NCBI RefSeq assembly: GCF_003704095.1
Contig: NW_020844865.1
Location: 62,001 to 126,000, forward strand
DNA length: 64,000 nt
Source: Pocillopora damicornis
Taxonomy: Eukaryota
Direction of reading: 5' to 3'
Both the position numbers and the translations under genes were made by a program. Shown one piece after another: positions 35,001-49,400 of the stretch (position 1 is the first letter of the stretch; every line of letters starts with the position of its first letter). Below the pieces are notes generated by a model, which saw nothing but the letters and a program-made list of their open reading frames with translations, was not told where the DNA came from and ran no database searches.

Positions 35001-38000
35001 AAACAAATTTAAAAACTCCCTTAATTGAGGGCTGGTAAGAAGAAACCAATTATTTCTGGTATTTTTAGAAACAATTTCTGTATTTCTAGCAATATAGATA
35101 TCAGTTCCATTTGTATGAAGCCGAGTGTGTTTCTAAAAGTTCTCCGTTCTTACATGTTGCACCAGTACGATGAGTTAATTCGATCTTAGCAACTATAGGT
35201 AGGAGGTATTGTTGTTTTTCATGATTTAACGTATTGTCTACCTATAAAAAGCTCGTCAGCATGAAAAAATGAGGTTAGTAGGATATAAAGTTATCGTTAA
35301 GTGTGATTTTCAAACTAGTGTCGCTCAGCAGAGGGACTTGTCCTCAAATCATGAAACACGGGTTTCGTCGAACGTTTTTCAGTACACAACAGGGATGAGA
35401 ATGCAAACTGTCATCCGCTTAACGTAGGTTGATCTGATTGCATGAAAACATCTCAAGGAAACATGACAAAAGAGAGACAGTGGCCCATGAAATGTTGATA
35501 TGGCTCATCAAGTTCTGATATAAGACACTTCAATCCCAGGATCTTCGCGGAACCAGACAGAATTTATTGGTGGGAGGGGTGGAAAATGACACGTGATGAA
35601 CTTTGTTTTGCCCTGGGAGACCAACAAATTAAGTTGCCAAGCAATCTGTCATGCTATACTGGTGATTCAGGGAAGCTCGTAAAAACGTAGTTTCTATGAA
35701 GATACTTCAGCAATATCTTTTCATCAGACATGCGCGACTTAAAACCTTCTCTAGCAAAATAAAACTCTTATCGCCTGCCTGAGGTGCAAATAGAGAACTG
35801 AGATTCTGATAGCTCGCTTTTCGTAATGTCGAATTGCAATTTGGCGAACGAGTGTCTCTAAAGTAACGCATCGCGTGCATAAACCTCTAAGATATTATAC
35901 TACTGAGTTTTTTTAACAGATGGTAACATTCTTGTCTGTGCGTTTGTGTTTAGAACTTCCTTGAAGACAACGGTTGGCTTTAAGAATCAGATTCATTCAA
36001 AGCAATAGATTTTTTGACGTTCTTGTCATTGTTAGGACATAGCTTTAGACAGTTTCGTGATCTTAAAAACGTATTCAGGGTGTACAGCTCAGTTAATAAG
36101 TTGTGAACCGCAGTTTTTTACTTCCAACTCTGCACAAGCCCATCAGAGTAGAAAACGACTAAAGTTGATTATTCTGTTTTGGTTATAACGCATCAGATTC
36201 TATGATATCCGTCTGGAAAAGGCCTTTGGGTGAGTAGAAAGATGCCAAATGAAATATAGAACTGTTTTGCAATCAATTTTTTCTATTTGGACTCTCGCAA
36301 AATCAGCGTTACGTCAGGTTTGAGCCTCAGCATGAAAAAAATTGTGATTTTGCGCCCAGTTTAAGCTAATGGAGCATAAATTTTCTCTGCACTTTTAAAA
36401 ATCTAAAGCTGGGTTATCATCTCACATGGGCCTGATAAGAGTAATTAGGAAAATAGCACAAACATACAGACATCACGCACTGAGGTAAAAACACAACACT
36501 GAGTTTGATCGGTGCGTCGGCTTCACATGTCAGACAAAGATATTATAATCTTTCGGTATTTCTTAAGACCTGCCGAAATTAGCCCCCCTCCCCCTTCAAT
36601 CATTTTTTTAATTATAATTTTATGAAAGCAACTGGTAATTAGGGGTTTATGGAAAGAAAATATAAATTATTTTCCTTGCACCTGTAGAAAATGATATTAG
36701 CTGTAGCCCTCAAGCGCCGACACGTTTATAGCAACAGAAAACTTGTACTACTTATGGATGAGGTTGTCCGATGAATTATTGACGAATCTCTACTTGCTAA
36801 TTTCAGACAAGAAACTGCATAAAATTGAGACAAATACAACGATGTTTTAAGAACGCTCCTCTCGTATCGTTTTTGATTCATTAAATTCAACAATTGCCTC
36901 TTGTATAAAACACACTACCTTCTGTTTTCATCTGCCATACCTTTCTAAGATGATCTTTCCTTAGCTCTTAACTCGATCCACCAATTTGGTTCATCTACTT
37001 GTTATGTATTCAATGTAAATTTGAATTCTTCGATTCATAAGCCTCAAATGAAGACTGAGCACTTGAAACTGAATCTTTCCTCGTAATTTGGTGGCTGATC
37101 TATCTGAGGCAACTAATGGTTTCACTCAAAAAGAAACGACGTGCTTTCTGCGATGTTTGTTTCCCGCAAACTAGGTCCTGATGAAAAGGGCTTTTTATCA
37201 CTCAGTGTAGGCGTATACCCGTCTCTTGTTTCCATTTGATAATCATAATTAAATGTGACGTAATAGTTATTTTACACGTCAATCAGATTATCAAGTTCTA
37301 AGAGAACCATAAATTCGTCTAGCCTTTTCTTTTAGTCTTTGTTGGGGAATAAAAAACCAATTGACTTTAGGAAAGAACTTTCTCGCTTTTCCATCTTTTT
37401 CTCGATGGAGTTGTTTTCATTTTGGCCTCAGATTGCAAATAGAAAAGAGACATAAGATGGTGGATTGCAAGATTCAATGTCTTTCGTTTGCGTCCTTTAT
37501 CTCCCACGTGTATAGTACTTGAAAGAAGATTTTCTAAGCCGTATTAGGATTTAAAGAGTCGCCACTAACCGGTTAAAATGCAAGCAAACGATATCCTCGA
37601 GCGCAGAGCAGGTGAGATTGTGAGCCGTCTTTGCCTTCAGCTCAGTCACGTTCTTAACACAAGATAAATTAATTATTCAGAAAAAAAATCGATGGCTTTA
37701 AACCACAAGAATAAAATATAATCATTTATATTCCTAATGAAGTATACAGACCAAGTTTCTTATCTAAAAAAGCTATTTTTTTTTAGTTTTAAAAGGTCCT
37801 AGTATAGAGTTACTATGATTTTTTCTTACAAAGTGTTGATAAATGACAACATATCTACAATACACAAGAAAATGAAAATACGTGACAATGTATGCAACGA
37901 TGAATGAAATACTCCAGCACTTTGTTTTGAGCTTAACTATGATCAATTGTGTACAAAGAAAAATATTATATTGAAATTGTCAACTTTATAAGCTTGCAAT

Positions 38001-38287
38001 CTCGCCTTTTTTTGAGTACAGGTGATAAATTGCACTATTGTCATTATTTTAGTTATTGATTAGCTTGACCTTATATAGAATGTAAGTGTCACTGTGGTTG
38101 CAACTGTGTCATAAAACGTCTGGAAATTTCCACCAATGAACCTTAAAAGGATTTTAAGTTATAGACAACCGTTTGTTTTTCTTCCATTAATTCTTGTGTA
38201 AAACGCTGGACACTGTCAATATCAAGCGTTCCCCTGTGGACTTAACGCCGAGTTGAGTTTCCTTATTAGCCTACTGTTGATTCCGCA

Positions 38288-41200
38288 ATGGCTGAGAAAC
38301 GACGTAAAAGGTACTACTTTGCAGGTGTTCCGATTTTACTGTAAGAGCACTGATTCAGTCGTTGCACGTGTGTTAGTGAACACGGCAGATTGTTTACATC
38401 GGTGGTTGAACTCTGGACCAAGTAGTTCGGGTTCGACTTCTGTTGATAGTAACTCTGTTCTTATCCCGTAAAAGACAGTTAACTCTCACAGTGCGGTGTC
38501 TTCCGATTGCTATCAGTGAGGTAGACAGGTGTTTGTAGAAATGTGAAACCACTGGAAATGGGGAATGTATCCTGAAAAAAATTTTGGTAATTAAAGGACA
38601 AATTTGAAGTAATTCTAGTTGTTGCATTGTATACTTTAGGAAGGCGTGAGCTTTGTGAATCAGGACTCAAACGATGTCGAGTGAAATACAGTGCATGACC
38701 ATTGCTTTCATTTGATTGGATTGGTTTTGTATTTCATGTGGACTTAACGGGTTTAAAAGCAATTTTTCATCGAGATAAATCATCCTGATGATAGATGAAA
38801 TTTTTCATTGCAAGTCATTTGGAATAAACAGGCTTCACACGCGAATCGCCGATCATTAAATGAAAATTACCTAGAACATTCTAGAGTTGATGGTTGAGTT
38901 AAAATGACTGCGTTAAACTACTCTATGTTAAAATTACTTTGATGGTTCAAGAACATACGTAAGAATAACATGATATAAATGAATGCCAACTAAAAAACTC
39001 GAAACGAAGATTCGTTGCTGAGCTAAGTAACGAAAGCTTTTTCACAAAGTTATGCAAATTAGACAGAACTGACAACTTTTTAAAACTGACCAGACACAAA
39101 TTGACAAGAATCCTATTAGTTTGTTTGACAGGCCATATGGTAAAAACACAATGCTCGGCTGCATACGCGTGTCATAACTCCTTAATTGCCATCCTTCGCA
39201 AATCAATATCGCGAAGTATTAAATTATGCACATTTTAGTGCGTGCGTTAAGACGACAATTTTTTAGAGGTGTGTTTAATACTTAATATTCTACTTTCGGG
39301 CTTGCTAATGATGATTTGGACGTTTTCGAACGCCTTGGGCTAACATTAGAGAAACTGCTTTATTAAAATTCGTTGGGATTTTCTGTCATTTTGAAAACGA
39401 TTCTTAACGCCATTGTGAGTCGTAAGAGCTTGGTTTGTAGATTCGAACCGGTCTTCACTCCTCGTCCTGCTTTATTGCTTCATAATTCATCGCTCGGCAA
39501 ACAGAGTTCTTAAACAAAACAATGCTGAAACCCATAATGAAGCCAATATACAAGAAACTGGTATTTTGACAGCTTCAATCAATATCTCTGGCAATCCTTT
39601 CCTTTATTTCCTGTTGCATCATAAGATAATAAGATATTGTTTACCTCGGACCTAATGTGCGAGTGCTTCACAAAACCTTTTTGAAAGCCCCAGAGCGCTC
39701 TTTATTAATATATTTGTTCGACCGAATATGAATTTCTTTTTTCGACGTTTCATTGTGTATAGTGGAATAAAGCTCTGAACTTTCTCTCTTCAACTACTAT
39801 TGACTAACAAAAAGGCATAAAATTTGGTAAATTTTGACAGCTGGAACACCTGTTAGGGTGATGAGTATTTTGACGCAAATAATGTGTTCCTAAAAAATAA
39901 TTTATACAGTTACGCTTTTGAAAAAGAAACAAAAAAGTCGATGACATTTCTTACTTTCAACCAGAAGTTCAAGTTGGCCGGTAAGGAAAAGCTATAAAAA
40001 TAATAATTAACAGTGAAACATCCTGTCCCATTTTGTTCAAATCGTTTATTTTACCTTCTATTAACAAATAGTTTTTGCGTAGTAGCACCCCGTGAGGTTA
40101 TACATGTTCCTGAATTTATTTACAAAAAAGGTTAAATTGTCTCATGCTAAGTCGCTCACGCAAGTCCCAAGCGCCAAACAAAGCGCTTTGTTGCTAAGTT
40201 TTGTTGTAACCGAAATGTTTTCCGTTCAAATTATTGGGTTCTGTGAATTAGGAAATAAAAGCGGGTTATAGTAAAAGAATTGTTTGGGTTTTATGAGGTG
40301 AATTTAGCGGACTAACATGACTTACCCGAGTTCAATTATTGATGTTTCTGATTCTGAACTGTGGGATTTCCAAGACGGAATTAACGGTAAATGTGGCCGC
40401 GCAGCTCACACATGTGAAATTATCTTTCATGCAAATATGACAAGAAAGTAGGTTCTTCAACTATATACCCTGAGGCGAATACAGACTTTGTGATTAAGCA
40501 TAGCTTAAGCTGTTTGACTCACATGTTTTCTTTATCTATTTACAGCCGTTTACGCATCAGGCGCCGCTCTACCCGCGTATCAACTCGACGCACGATGATA
40601 CGAAAGGCAATAAATGGGGACAGCAGCTCGGTGTGGTCATTGGACAGCCAGCCACTACGACCACGCAAAAGAATATTGTTAAACGTCGGAGGACGATTAT
40701 TTGAAACGTGGCAAGATAACCTGGACAATTATCCGGACACACTTCTAGGGAGTCCAGAAAAGGAACTATTTTATGATCGCGGTACCAAGATGTATGTATT
40801 TGACAGAGATCCGGAAATGTTTCGGCACATTCTCAATTATTACAGGTATTACTTTCTTTTTTTTTTATATACTATTGTTAATTTATAGAGAATAAAGGTT
40901 TGCAAATGTACCTTGCCCCGCACAATTATATTTCAATCCCAGTAATATTTAGGCTTCATGTGGATAAATTTTTCCTAACCAAAAGTAAGCCACAAGTTTC
41001 ATGCTAATGATTCCATATGGCAAGTCCTCCAGATCAATACAGCTTTATAACGCGAAAAAAATTATATTGGTTTCAGTTTCAATTGTTTTCCATTTTTTAA
41101 CTGAGCACAAGACGCCACAAAAGAAGGCTACCTTCTTTTGTAGCGTCTGCGGTGCTCAGTTTGCCGTCAACTCGAGAGATTCTTTTTTTCTTTTTGAAAA

Positions 41201-44200
41201 GCGCGGATCTATAAGACCACAATTAGCCACAATTTTTAGGGTCTGTGGTTTCAGAAATTTCCTGCGATACTTAACATACAGTGTTAAAAATTTGTATTTG
41301 CATTTAAAAATGGAATTTTAAAGGCTTGAAGCCCATAATTTGTCATCATTTTACGAGTCGGTTTTCCTCAGAAAACGAAAACATTACTTAACAATGGCAC
41401 ACCAGGGAATTTCAACATATATCATCTGATATTCTGACAAAGAATATCATATAGCCTTAATAAGAATCCGAAAAAAAATATTTTTCGCGTTGGAACTGAA
41501 ACAATAAATAAGCTCTGAACTAAGCTTAGTTAAAAATCAATTAGTACCTGGTGGTGATGGGGACGGAAACTAAACTAAAAACAAAAACCGCACGACAACC
41601 ACATTTTCAATTTGCTAGAAGATGTTTTTTATTGTTTACACTAAAATACTTATTATCCCTCTTTTCCTTTCACGATGTTGGTTCAATCACTTTTCTGAAG
41701 AAGATTTTATGGCATCTCTTCGGCTCTTCTTCGGAACTTTACTTGAGTCCGACAGGAACTCTATCAGTAGTTAACTTTCTTACTTCCAGGACTGATCTGA
41801 AAGCGAAATCTCCTAACAGGTGAACGTATTTCTCTCCGTTGGATGTTCGAGAGAATTTGAAAAAGGGCATGACAATATAAAATTAAGTATTAAAATGAAC
41901 TATCAATCGCTCCCAGGAGTTTAAGAATTAAATGAAAACAAAAGGCAATTATAAACCTTTTTGAAACGCACACAAGTAACATGGCGAAACTTTGAATAGA
42001 TGTGAATTTAGATTTCCAAAAGTGCAATGATTCTCGTGTGAATTGTTGCCAGCTTGTTCATTTATTATTCATTTTATCATTACCTCATTTAAATAAATGA
42101 ATGTTAAATCGTTTGTCTCAAGATCCAGAATCACTACCAATTGTCCAGTTAAGCTAGTAATGAGGATTGCAACTTTTCGTCGTAGCCAGGCAATGAGAAT
42201 GAACGATTATGACTTCGCTGCTATTGACTCACCCTTATGGTAGATTTCCACGCTCTTTTATTTTCGAGAGCTTGATGTTGATCCTCTTAGGCCGATCTAT
42301 TGCTGACTCTAAATCGTGAGATAAACGATTTGAATATATATATTAATTATCTAAAAAACGATGTACAAACATGATTTTACAACTTACGCAGGCTTTAAGC
42401 TTTTAAAAGCCAAATTATCTCGAGATACCCATCCCAATCACCGACACAGCTTTACAGTTTCTTAAGAAACTAACCCTCTTTACTAATCAGAAACAAGTGC
42501 AATTGACAGTAATCCTCCTCATCCTCATTTTGTCGGTTCGCAGGAAACTTACGATAACAATCGTTTCTCTCCAGACTCGGTAGGTTACACTATTCAAGTG
42601 ACTACTGTGCAGACGAGTTTCGTGATGAGCTTTCTTTCTTTCGTATCTCTATAAACGCCGTATCTAATTGTTGTTGGGACGATTACAGGCAGCCAAGAAA
42701 AATACGAATCGACAAAGTGTTTAAGTTAGAGGATCCACACGAAAAACTAGAAGTTGAGAGAGGATGTAAACTGAAAAAAAAGGTCTGGAACATTTGTGAC
42801 AATCCACACGAGTCGGTTCTTGGTAGATCGTGGTACTATTTCTCTGGACTGCTGATTGCTTTAAGTATTGTTTGTACTGTTGCTGAGACTATACCACCTC
42901 CTTGTGACGAGAAATATCTTTGTCAGAACTACACTTGTGGGAAGGAAAATTGGAATTTGTCAGCCATAAAGTATGGAAATGTTAAGTCCTGTGAAAAAAT
43001 CGATAATTACTTGAAGGAAAGAGAATTATTGTATTTTTCATTGGAAAGTGTGTGTGTAGCAGTGTTTTCTTTTGAGTATTTGACGCGGTTTATTACAGCA
43101 CCAAACCGCTGGCAATACGTAAAGGAGTTTATGAGTGTGATAGACTTGCTTTCAATATTACCATATTACGTTGGGCTGATATTGGATTACGCGCTGGAAA
43201 CATCAGTGGACAGTCTTAGCGCCTTGGTTTTGCTGCGAGTGCTTCGTGTCTTCCGTGTTCTGAAATTCACTCGACACTCCAGCCGACTACGAAGTTTGTT
43301 ATTTGCAATCAGACGCTCTGCTTCTGAATTGGGTTTCATCCTATTCAGCTTCTCTCTCGGAGTAACTCTGTTTTCCAGTGTCTTATTTTACGCGGAAAAG
43401 CTCGCGGACCTCAAACCGAACAGAACAAATCTGTTTGACAGCATTCCAGCCTCTATGTGGTATTCGGTCGTCACCATGACAACAACTGGGTAGGTTATGT
43501 AAAAGGGTGCTGCCCTATCATCAAATCCAGCTATTTCTTTAGGTAGAGAAATTTGTTGAAGTATGCAGTTTGAAAATCAAAGATAGCAATTCGTAGAAAG
43601 GTATTTGTATAGGTAACAAGATGATTTCGAGTACAATTTGGTGATAGTAAGCACGAGTAAATTTTTCATAGCCAAAATTTGTGGTCTTTGAAAAATTTAC
43701 AAGTTGATTTAATGATTCACTTTAAAAAAGCATAAGAGAAAGTCAAGACAGACGAAACTTTGAAAGCGCGTGTACTCGTGATACAACTCTGCACTTGTGT
43801 TACAACTTTGCATTCATGTCACATGAATAATGCACTCGTTTTCAGCCAATCAGACGTGCATAATTTTTTCATGTATATTGCAGGGCCAATAACAAAATGA
43901 CAGGAATCCCTCAGGAAGGTTCTTCCTTTTGCAATGCAATGTATTTCTTTGTTAAAACTCCTAGATATCGTAAACCAATCACTAACGATGATAATTAGTT
44001 AAGGTAGCCGTTTCAAGGTTACATGTAATTCATACTAATATCACTCTCTAAAACCAAGACGGGCAAATTAAAAGTATTTCTCCACAACAGATAAAGTTAT
44101 ATAGTTTTCGGCAAACACCTTGTTACGACTTATTTAACCAATTATATACCATTCATACGTTTCAGCTATGGGGACCTTGTTCCGAGAACAATCATTGGAC

Positions 44201-45200
44201 AACTGATTGGAAGTGTTGGCTGTATTGTTGGCGTGTTAATGATCGCTTTACCTGTTCCAATTATTCAGAAGAAGGTGAGCCATTTAATAAATGTTCATTA
44301 TCAGTATTGCTACGTTCTCTGCCATGTCTCAGTTTTTGTTTGACTGTGTTCCTTTTTTACTTTCATCACCTTTTTTGCCTCAGTTTTAATCATAGACTTT
44401 ATCGTTTTCAAATTTGTCTCGCTCTCTCCCGATGTATTGCTGCAATGGACATGTTGTCAATCCCGTTTTTTTGTGATTCAGGATAAATGTAATTTCTGAC
44501 ATTTGAGAGACATGGGAACGAATTAGTCAGAAACTAATATTCTTAGGGCACGTTGAAGAGCCTCGCATGGCATCATGGAAGTTTCGGATTATTTAAGCGT
44601 TTCGCGTGAAAATTAAGTCATTCTAGGTTGGTCACTCTTATGTTTGACCACTCTCTTTTTCTCGTATTGATGTAATTTTCGTTTTTCAAATCCCTGTAAA
44701 AAATATCACTACATTCATTGATTTTTCTTTGTGATAAGCAGTGTAACCAGGTTAGTTTACCCTTTCCTCGGGGTATTGTGCTGCTACATTAGATGAGGAA
44801 TACGTTTCCACATATTTTTTGGTCACTTCTAAAGAGTGGTCTTTTAGTGGTTTTTCGCATCTGGCGTAGCACAGGTTCTTTTGTAGAACCCTTAGTTTTC
44901 AGTATACACATGTTAGGATCAAATTAGGATGCATATACTACAAGACTCGCCGACTCATCCTAAATAAACTTTTCACATTAAATAACTCGTCTGAGTGTAG
45001 TCAGAATTTTGTTACCTTGATGACATATGGACGTGCCCAATTGTTAACTCTGATGTCACAAAAGCTGAGAGCGAGAAGTATTTGAAAAATCGACAAGAAA
45101 AACATAAAAAAGTAATGTTATAAATCTCTGCTTTTCACAGGCAAATTTACAACTTGGACTTTTGGATGAAGTAGACGAGGCTATGGAAGCAGAGCTCTGA
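38288..45200 (+). CDS. Shal/Kv4-family voltage-gated K+ channel subunit, probable regulatory (ShalR-type) subunit, ~468 aa
   Basis: Exons 38288-38310 (tentative, phase-compatible), 40546-40845, 42575-43489, 44166-44274 and 45141-45200. Motifs: T1 ([24 protein letters not shown]), HX5CX20CC zinc site, S4 [22 protein letters not shown], pore TMTTTGYGD and S6 [10 protein letters not shown]. Confidence 0.88.
38400..38560 (+). mobile_element. Degenerate tRNA-derived SINE
   Basis: B-box GGTTCGACT followed by aagacagttaactctcacagtgc...caggtgt, matching a widespread cnidarian SINE body recalled from memory. Confidence 0.5.
43608..43879. repeat. Interspersed repeat in Kv intron
   Basis: Internal inverted motifs (gtaaatttttca / tgaaaaatttac) and gcactcgttttcagccaatcagacgtgcataattttttcatgtatatt resemble a common coral repeat recalled from memory. 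Confidence 0.55.
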
Positions 45201-45588
45201 TTGAACGTTGATCATTGGCAGCTGGATCATTCGGTAATCACGTGCTGGATGCATAATGAATATTAAGAGAAGCACAGAGCCTGTGACTGTGGTCTGTGAA
45301 TCCCTTCAATCTACAGTTTGGTATCTCTAGTCAGTTCGTAGGGTTTCTTGGAGAAAAAAATAATTGCCATCCATGTATATTTTGGAAATGACAAGTGTTT
45401 CCAAGCGGTAACGTGAGAAAAAAAATTAAAAATACAATTCTGATCTAAAAGATCAGCTTTTTAGAGAACACTTAATGGATAATTGAATTTAGACTGAGAG
45501 TCAAACGTTAATAGCCACTTCTTTCAGGTTATCATTTATCAGTGTGATTATCATCGGCTTTGATACTGATCATCGCATTTCTACAGAC

Positions 45589-46109
45589 TTAAAGGAGAAA
45601 TATGATCCAGAAATCATATTTTCTCATTTTCTTCATTAAAACTTATGTATAAGAATTGAACCAAGCCACGTTTATAGCTTCAAGAGGGTAACGCACAGTT
45701 TTGAAAACTGTATTCAAATGTGCTGATCATGAGAGAACGACTACAACCTCTGCTCATGAAACTTGCGGAGCAATCTGGACGCTAACCTTTGACTCGGGAG
45801 AGTCTCGCTCCTCTATCTACCATGCTCTGCAATCCGTTGGAACCACTATCAAGAGGTGCAAAAATAGGTATTCTTAACTCAAACAGTGACTATCTTTATT
45901 TTTTGTTAGTGTCCGATATTCGTCGTGGCTTTGCGCATGTGACCAATTTACTAGGTTGCTTTTAAAATGGCGGCGTCCATTTCAAAACAACTTTTGAAAA
46001 AATCTCGGTAACCCATTGTAATCTTTTACAGTGCTGCAAAGAAAATTTTAATCTACACCAATGAATAGAGGAGATGTAACTGATTATATCTTGTCTACTT
46101 TTCCTTTAA
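45589..46109. mobile_element. Non-autonomous DNA element with TTAA flanks and short TIRs (Kolobok/piggyBac-like), between the convergent Kv 3' ends
   Basis: The left end TTAAAGGAGAAATA matches the reverse complement of the right end TTAAAGGAAAAGTA. Confidence 0.5.
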
Positions 46110-46418
46110 TAATAACCATTAATATGTGTGTGACATTATTTAACATATGTTCTAGAAAAATAAACCAATTAAGACAAACGTCTGTTAATTCAATATTTTC
46201 CGTACCAAGGAAGAATTGCAATAAAAATCAGTTTAGTACTATTGTACAATATGAAACAGTTGTCTGGTATTGTTGTCTGTGGTAAGCAGGATACCATTGT
46301 TTCTTGTCACTTCCTGAACCTTTAAGAGACCTTGAAACTTGTATTCATGTATTCAGACAGATCACTTGCTCTTATCCATGCGTTGTCATTAAATATGATG
46401 GTGACAGTCGTTAACACT

Positions 46419-49400
46419 TCACTGCAAGAAAAAGCAACATGCGACGTGACATGTTTTATTAGTGTGGCCTATAGCTCAGTTAGTTACAGAACAGTCTACA
46501 AATCTGGGGCCATAAAGTTTTGGCATCGTGCCGAAGGGAAAGGTGAAAGTTCCGTAACCCAAATTAATAGATTCTAGAAAAAAAAATTCTTTCTCACAGC
46601 TTGAGGATCTTATCGAACTCCCAGAGCCTGTTTATGAAACAGTGCCACTTGGGTGGCATATTACTGAATATTATAAGCATTGCTGACCAAAAGGCCTGCC
46701 TGAAAAATTCAAAGCGCCTCGTTCAACAATTACCTTACCTTGAACTGCAGAATGGGTACAGGTAAAGCAATGACAAGCACTCCAAACAGACAACAGGCGC
46801 TTCCCACCAGCCGACCAGCTAGTGTCACGGGTATGATATCACCATAACTTGAATAAGAAAAAGTAACAATCCTAGGTTATGTTGCGGGCATAGCTGAAAA
46901 AAACTCATGTGCAGAGCAACCTTGCAAAAAAACGCATGTAAACGTTATTATAGATATAAATGATATTTTTATTAAATAGCTTTAAGGGGAAACTTTACTG
47001 ATGAACCAAATTTTTCAGTGTATCACCGAGGGTCCAATACAAGCCGTCACCGACAGGTGACCTGGCCACAACCTCGCAAACGTTTCGACTGAAGAAGCTG
47101 ACTCAAGGCCGGCGACACACATGGCGACGGATACCCTTTTTCGCGGCGAAATTTGTTGCGACGACGAGGCACTTCAATTAAAAACCAAAAACCTCCGTTC
47201 CCGGCGTGATAAACTGATAGACGTACTCGCAGCGATGATAAAATCACGGAAACAGAAGCAGCCGGCGTATAGCGATATTGAAATGAAATTAAAGCTTGGC
47301 GTGTCGACAATATTGAACACCTATCGCGGTAATCAGTGGACACCGCCATCGCTGCACAAGGTAAACTTAGCGATGATTTCCGCTGATAGCCGGGATCAAA
47401 GAATGAAATCACATGGTATGTCACCGGCGTAATCTGTTAAAAAGCTTTCAACTGGAAATACGATAAAGTTATGCGATTTTTGGAACTTATTTTTCAACTT
47501 ATCCTTATCTTTACATACCCTGCTGTAGTTGATGTGATCACTGCGTACCACATGGCTTCGGGAATGCTGGAAAACTGTGTGTCCTCGGAATATTCGGCGA
47601 AATAGATGATACTCGAAACTAAAATAACCATGACCATATACAGGAATCCTATCAGGCCTAACTCAGTGGCAGAATCCTTCATGCTTTGGATCAACTGTTT
47701 TAATCTCTTAGAATGGCGCAGTAGTTTGAAGATGCGAAGTATCCTTAAAACTCGTAACACCACTAGAGCATTCATGCCGAGTTGGGCGTCAAACGACAGA
47801 GCGTTTAAGATCAAGTCAATGTAATACGGCAGAATTGCGAGCAGATCCACGATACTCATGAGGTTGATGATAAATTTAAGACGGCTTGGACAAGTTAACA
47901 ACCGCGAGACAAACTCGAACGTAAAGAAACCTACACAGACTGTATCAATATAGAAATAAGTGTTCTCGTTTTCCTCTTTGCAAATTCGTATCGTTCCTTT
48001 ACACGCGATTGTTTCAGTCGTGTTTGCCACCACGCTGATCACAATTGCGGTGACACTTATCAGATAAAAAATCTTCGCATATAAAGAAACAGACGGTTCT
48101 TTAAGTGTAAGCCAAACCTTTTCTCTAAAGGAGGCGTTTGGATCAATGCTATGGACAGCCTTTGCGGCCTCTTTATCCTTAGCTTCTTGTTCCTCTCGTC
48201 TCTTATTTAATCTTTCGTAAGCTGCTTCAAACGTCTCGAACCAGCAGCACTCACAAAGCATACTAATGTCCAACCCGAAAAACGCCACTTCGTCTAAGAA
48301 AGATTGGACGCAATCATCTCGCGGACAATGGAGCTGTCCAGAGTGATAAAAGTTCCAAATGTAGCGAAAGGTGTCTGGATCGCGGTCAAAAAAGAATTCG
48401 TTCTTGATCTTATCATAAAAAATATTTCTTGCTTTACTTCCCAGCAATGTGTTTGGATAGATGGAAAGAAAATAATCTCGAATTTGGAAACGTCTGCCAC
48501 TCACATTCAGAACAACAATTTTGTCGTCGTCGGGGAAATCAATTTCTGGTCGTTTACGACGAGATGAATGCGAATTCGTACTGCGGATGCTATGTTTTGA
48601 GGAGCTGTGGAACTTGGAGAGAAATTTCGACGGAGATATTAGCGACAAAAAACTTTTCATTATGGACGTTTCGCTTCTACCTGAAGATTCCGCAAATGCT
48701 GAAGATGTAGAACTGTTGATGCTACACGATGCATGCGTAAATTTCTGAACTGAATATTTTTTCCTTTTAAGATAGGAAACTTCGGAAGGACGATCTTGCA
48801 ATAGAGATTTTGAACTTCCCTCTGAAGAATGGTTTGAGTCGGAAAAATGGGCCATGTCTGGATGAAGAAACGATGACTTTTTCTTCAACCTGGCGCTCGA
48901 GAGGTTTTTTAATCTTTCGCCTGACTGTTCAACTTTCAACCTATCCCCCACTGAAGCAACAGACTTTGCGCTTGATCTCCATTCTCGAGGCACTGGAACT
49001 GCAAGGGGATTGCTGTAGAGCCTTAAATTAGGGGTCGATAATTGTTTACAAGTAGATCCACTCATTGGAATTGGGACGTTTTGTGGTGTAGTGTAGCTTT
49101 GTGTACCCACGCTCGAGGATCTCTTCGGTTTGGTTGTCGAAAGACGATTCAAGTCATTTTCCGATTCGTTTCTGTTTATGAATGTGTCGCACACCACTGG
49201 AGAGACGATTTCGTCAGCCAGAGTGTCTTTGTCTGTGACTTCCTCGTTGAGAATTTGGTTTGAAAATTCGAAAGATAAACCTTCTGAACTTGGTGTTGAC
49301 ATAGGTGTGTAATTTGTGGCTATTAAACAACAAAGTTGTTTGGACGGATGCCCGCAACAGGTTGATTTGTTCCGATGTAAGTTCGGTGTGGAACGGGCAA

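Noticed and set aside
46662-46738. Terminal exon AGLLVSNAYNIQ* for the minus Kv gene
   Set aside because: It would require a 39-nt intron, which is implausibly short; the acceptor at 46422 is stronger.
47121-47432. 103-aa plus-strand ORF (and the 125-aa minus ORF 47047-47424) as a nested gene
   Set aside because: It coincides with a TIR-bounded MITE and shows no recognisable domain.
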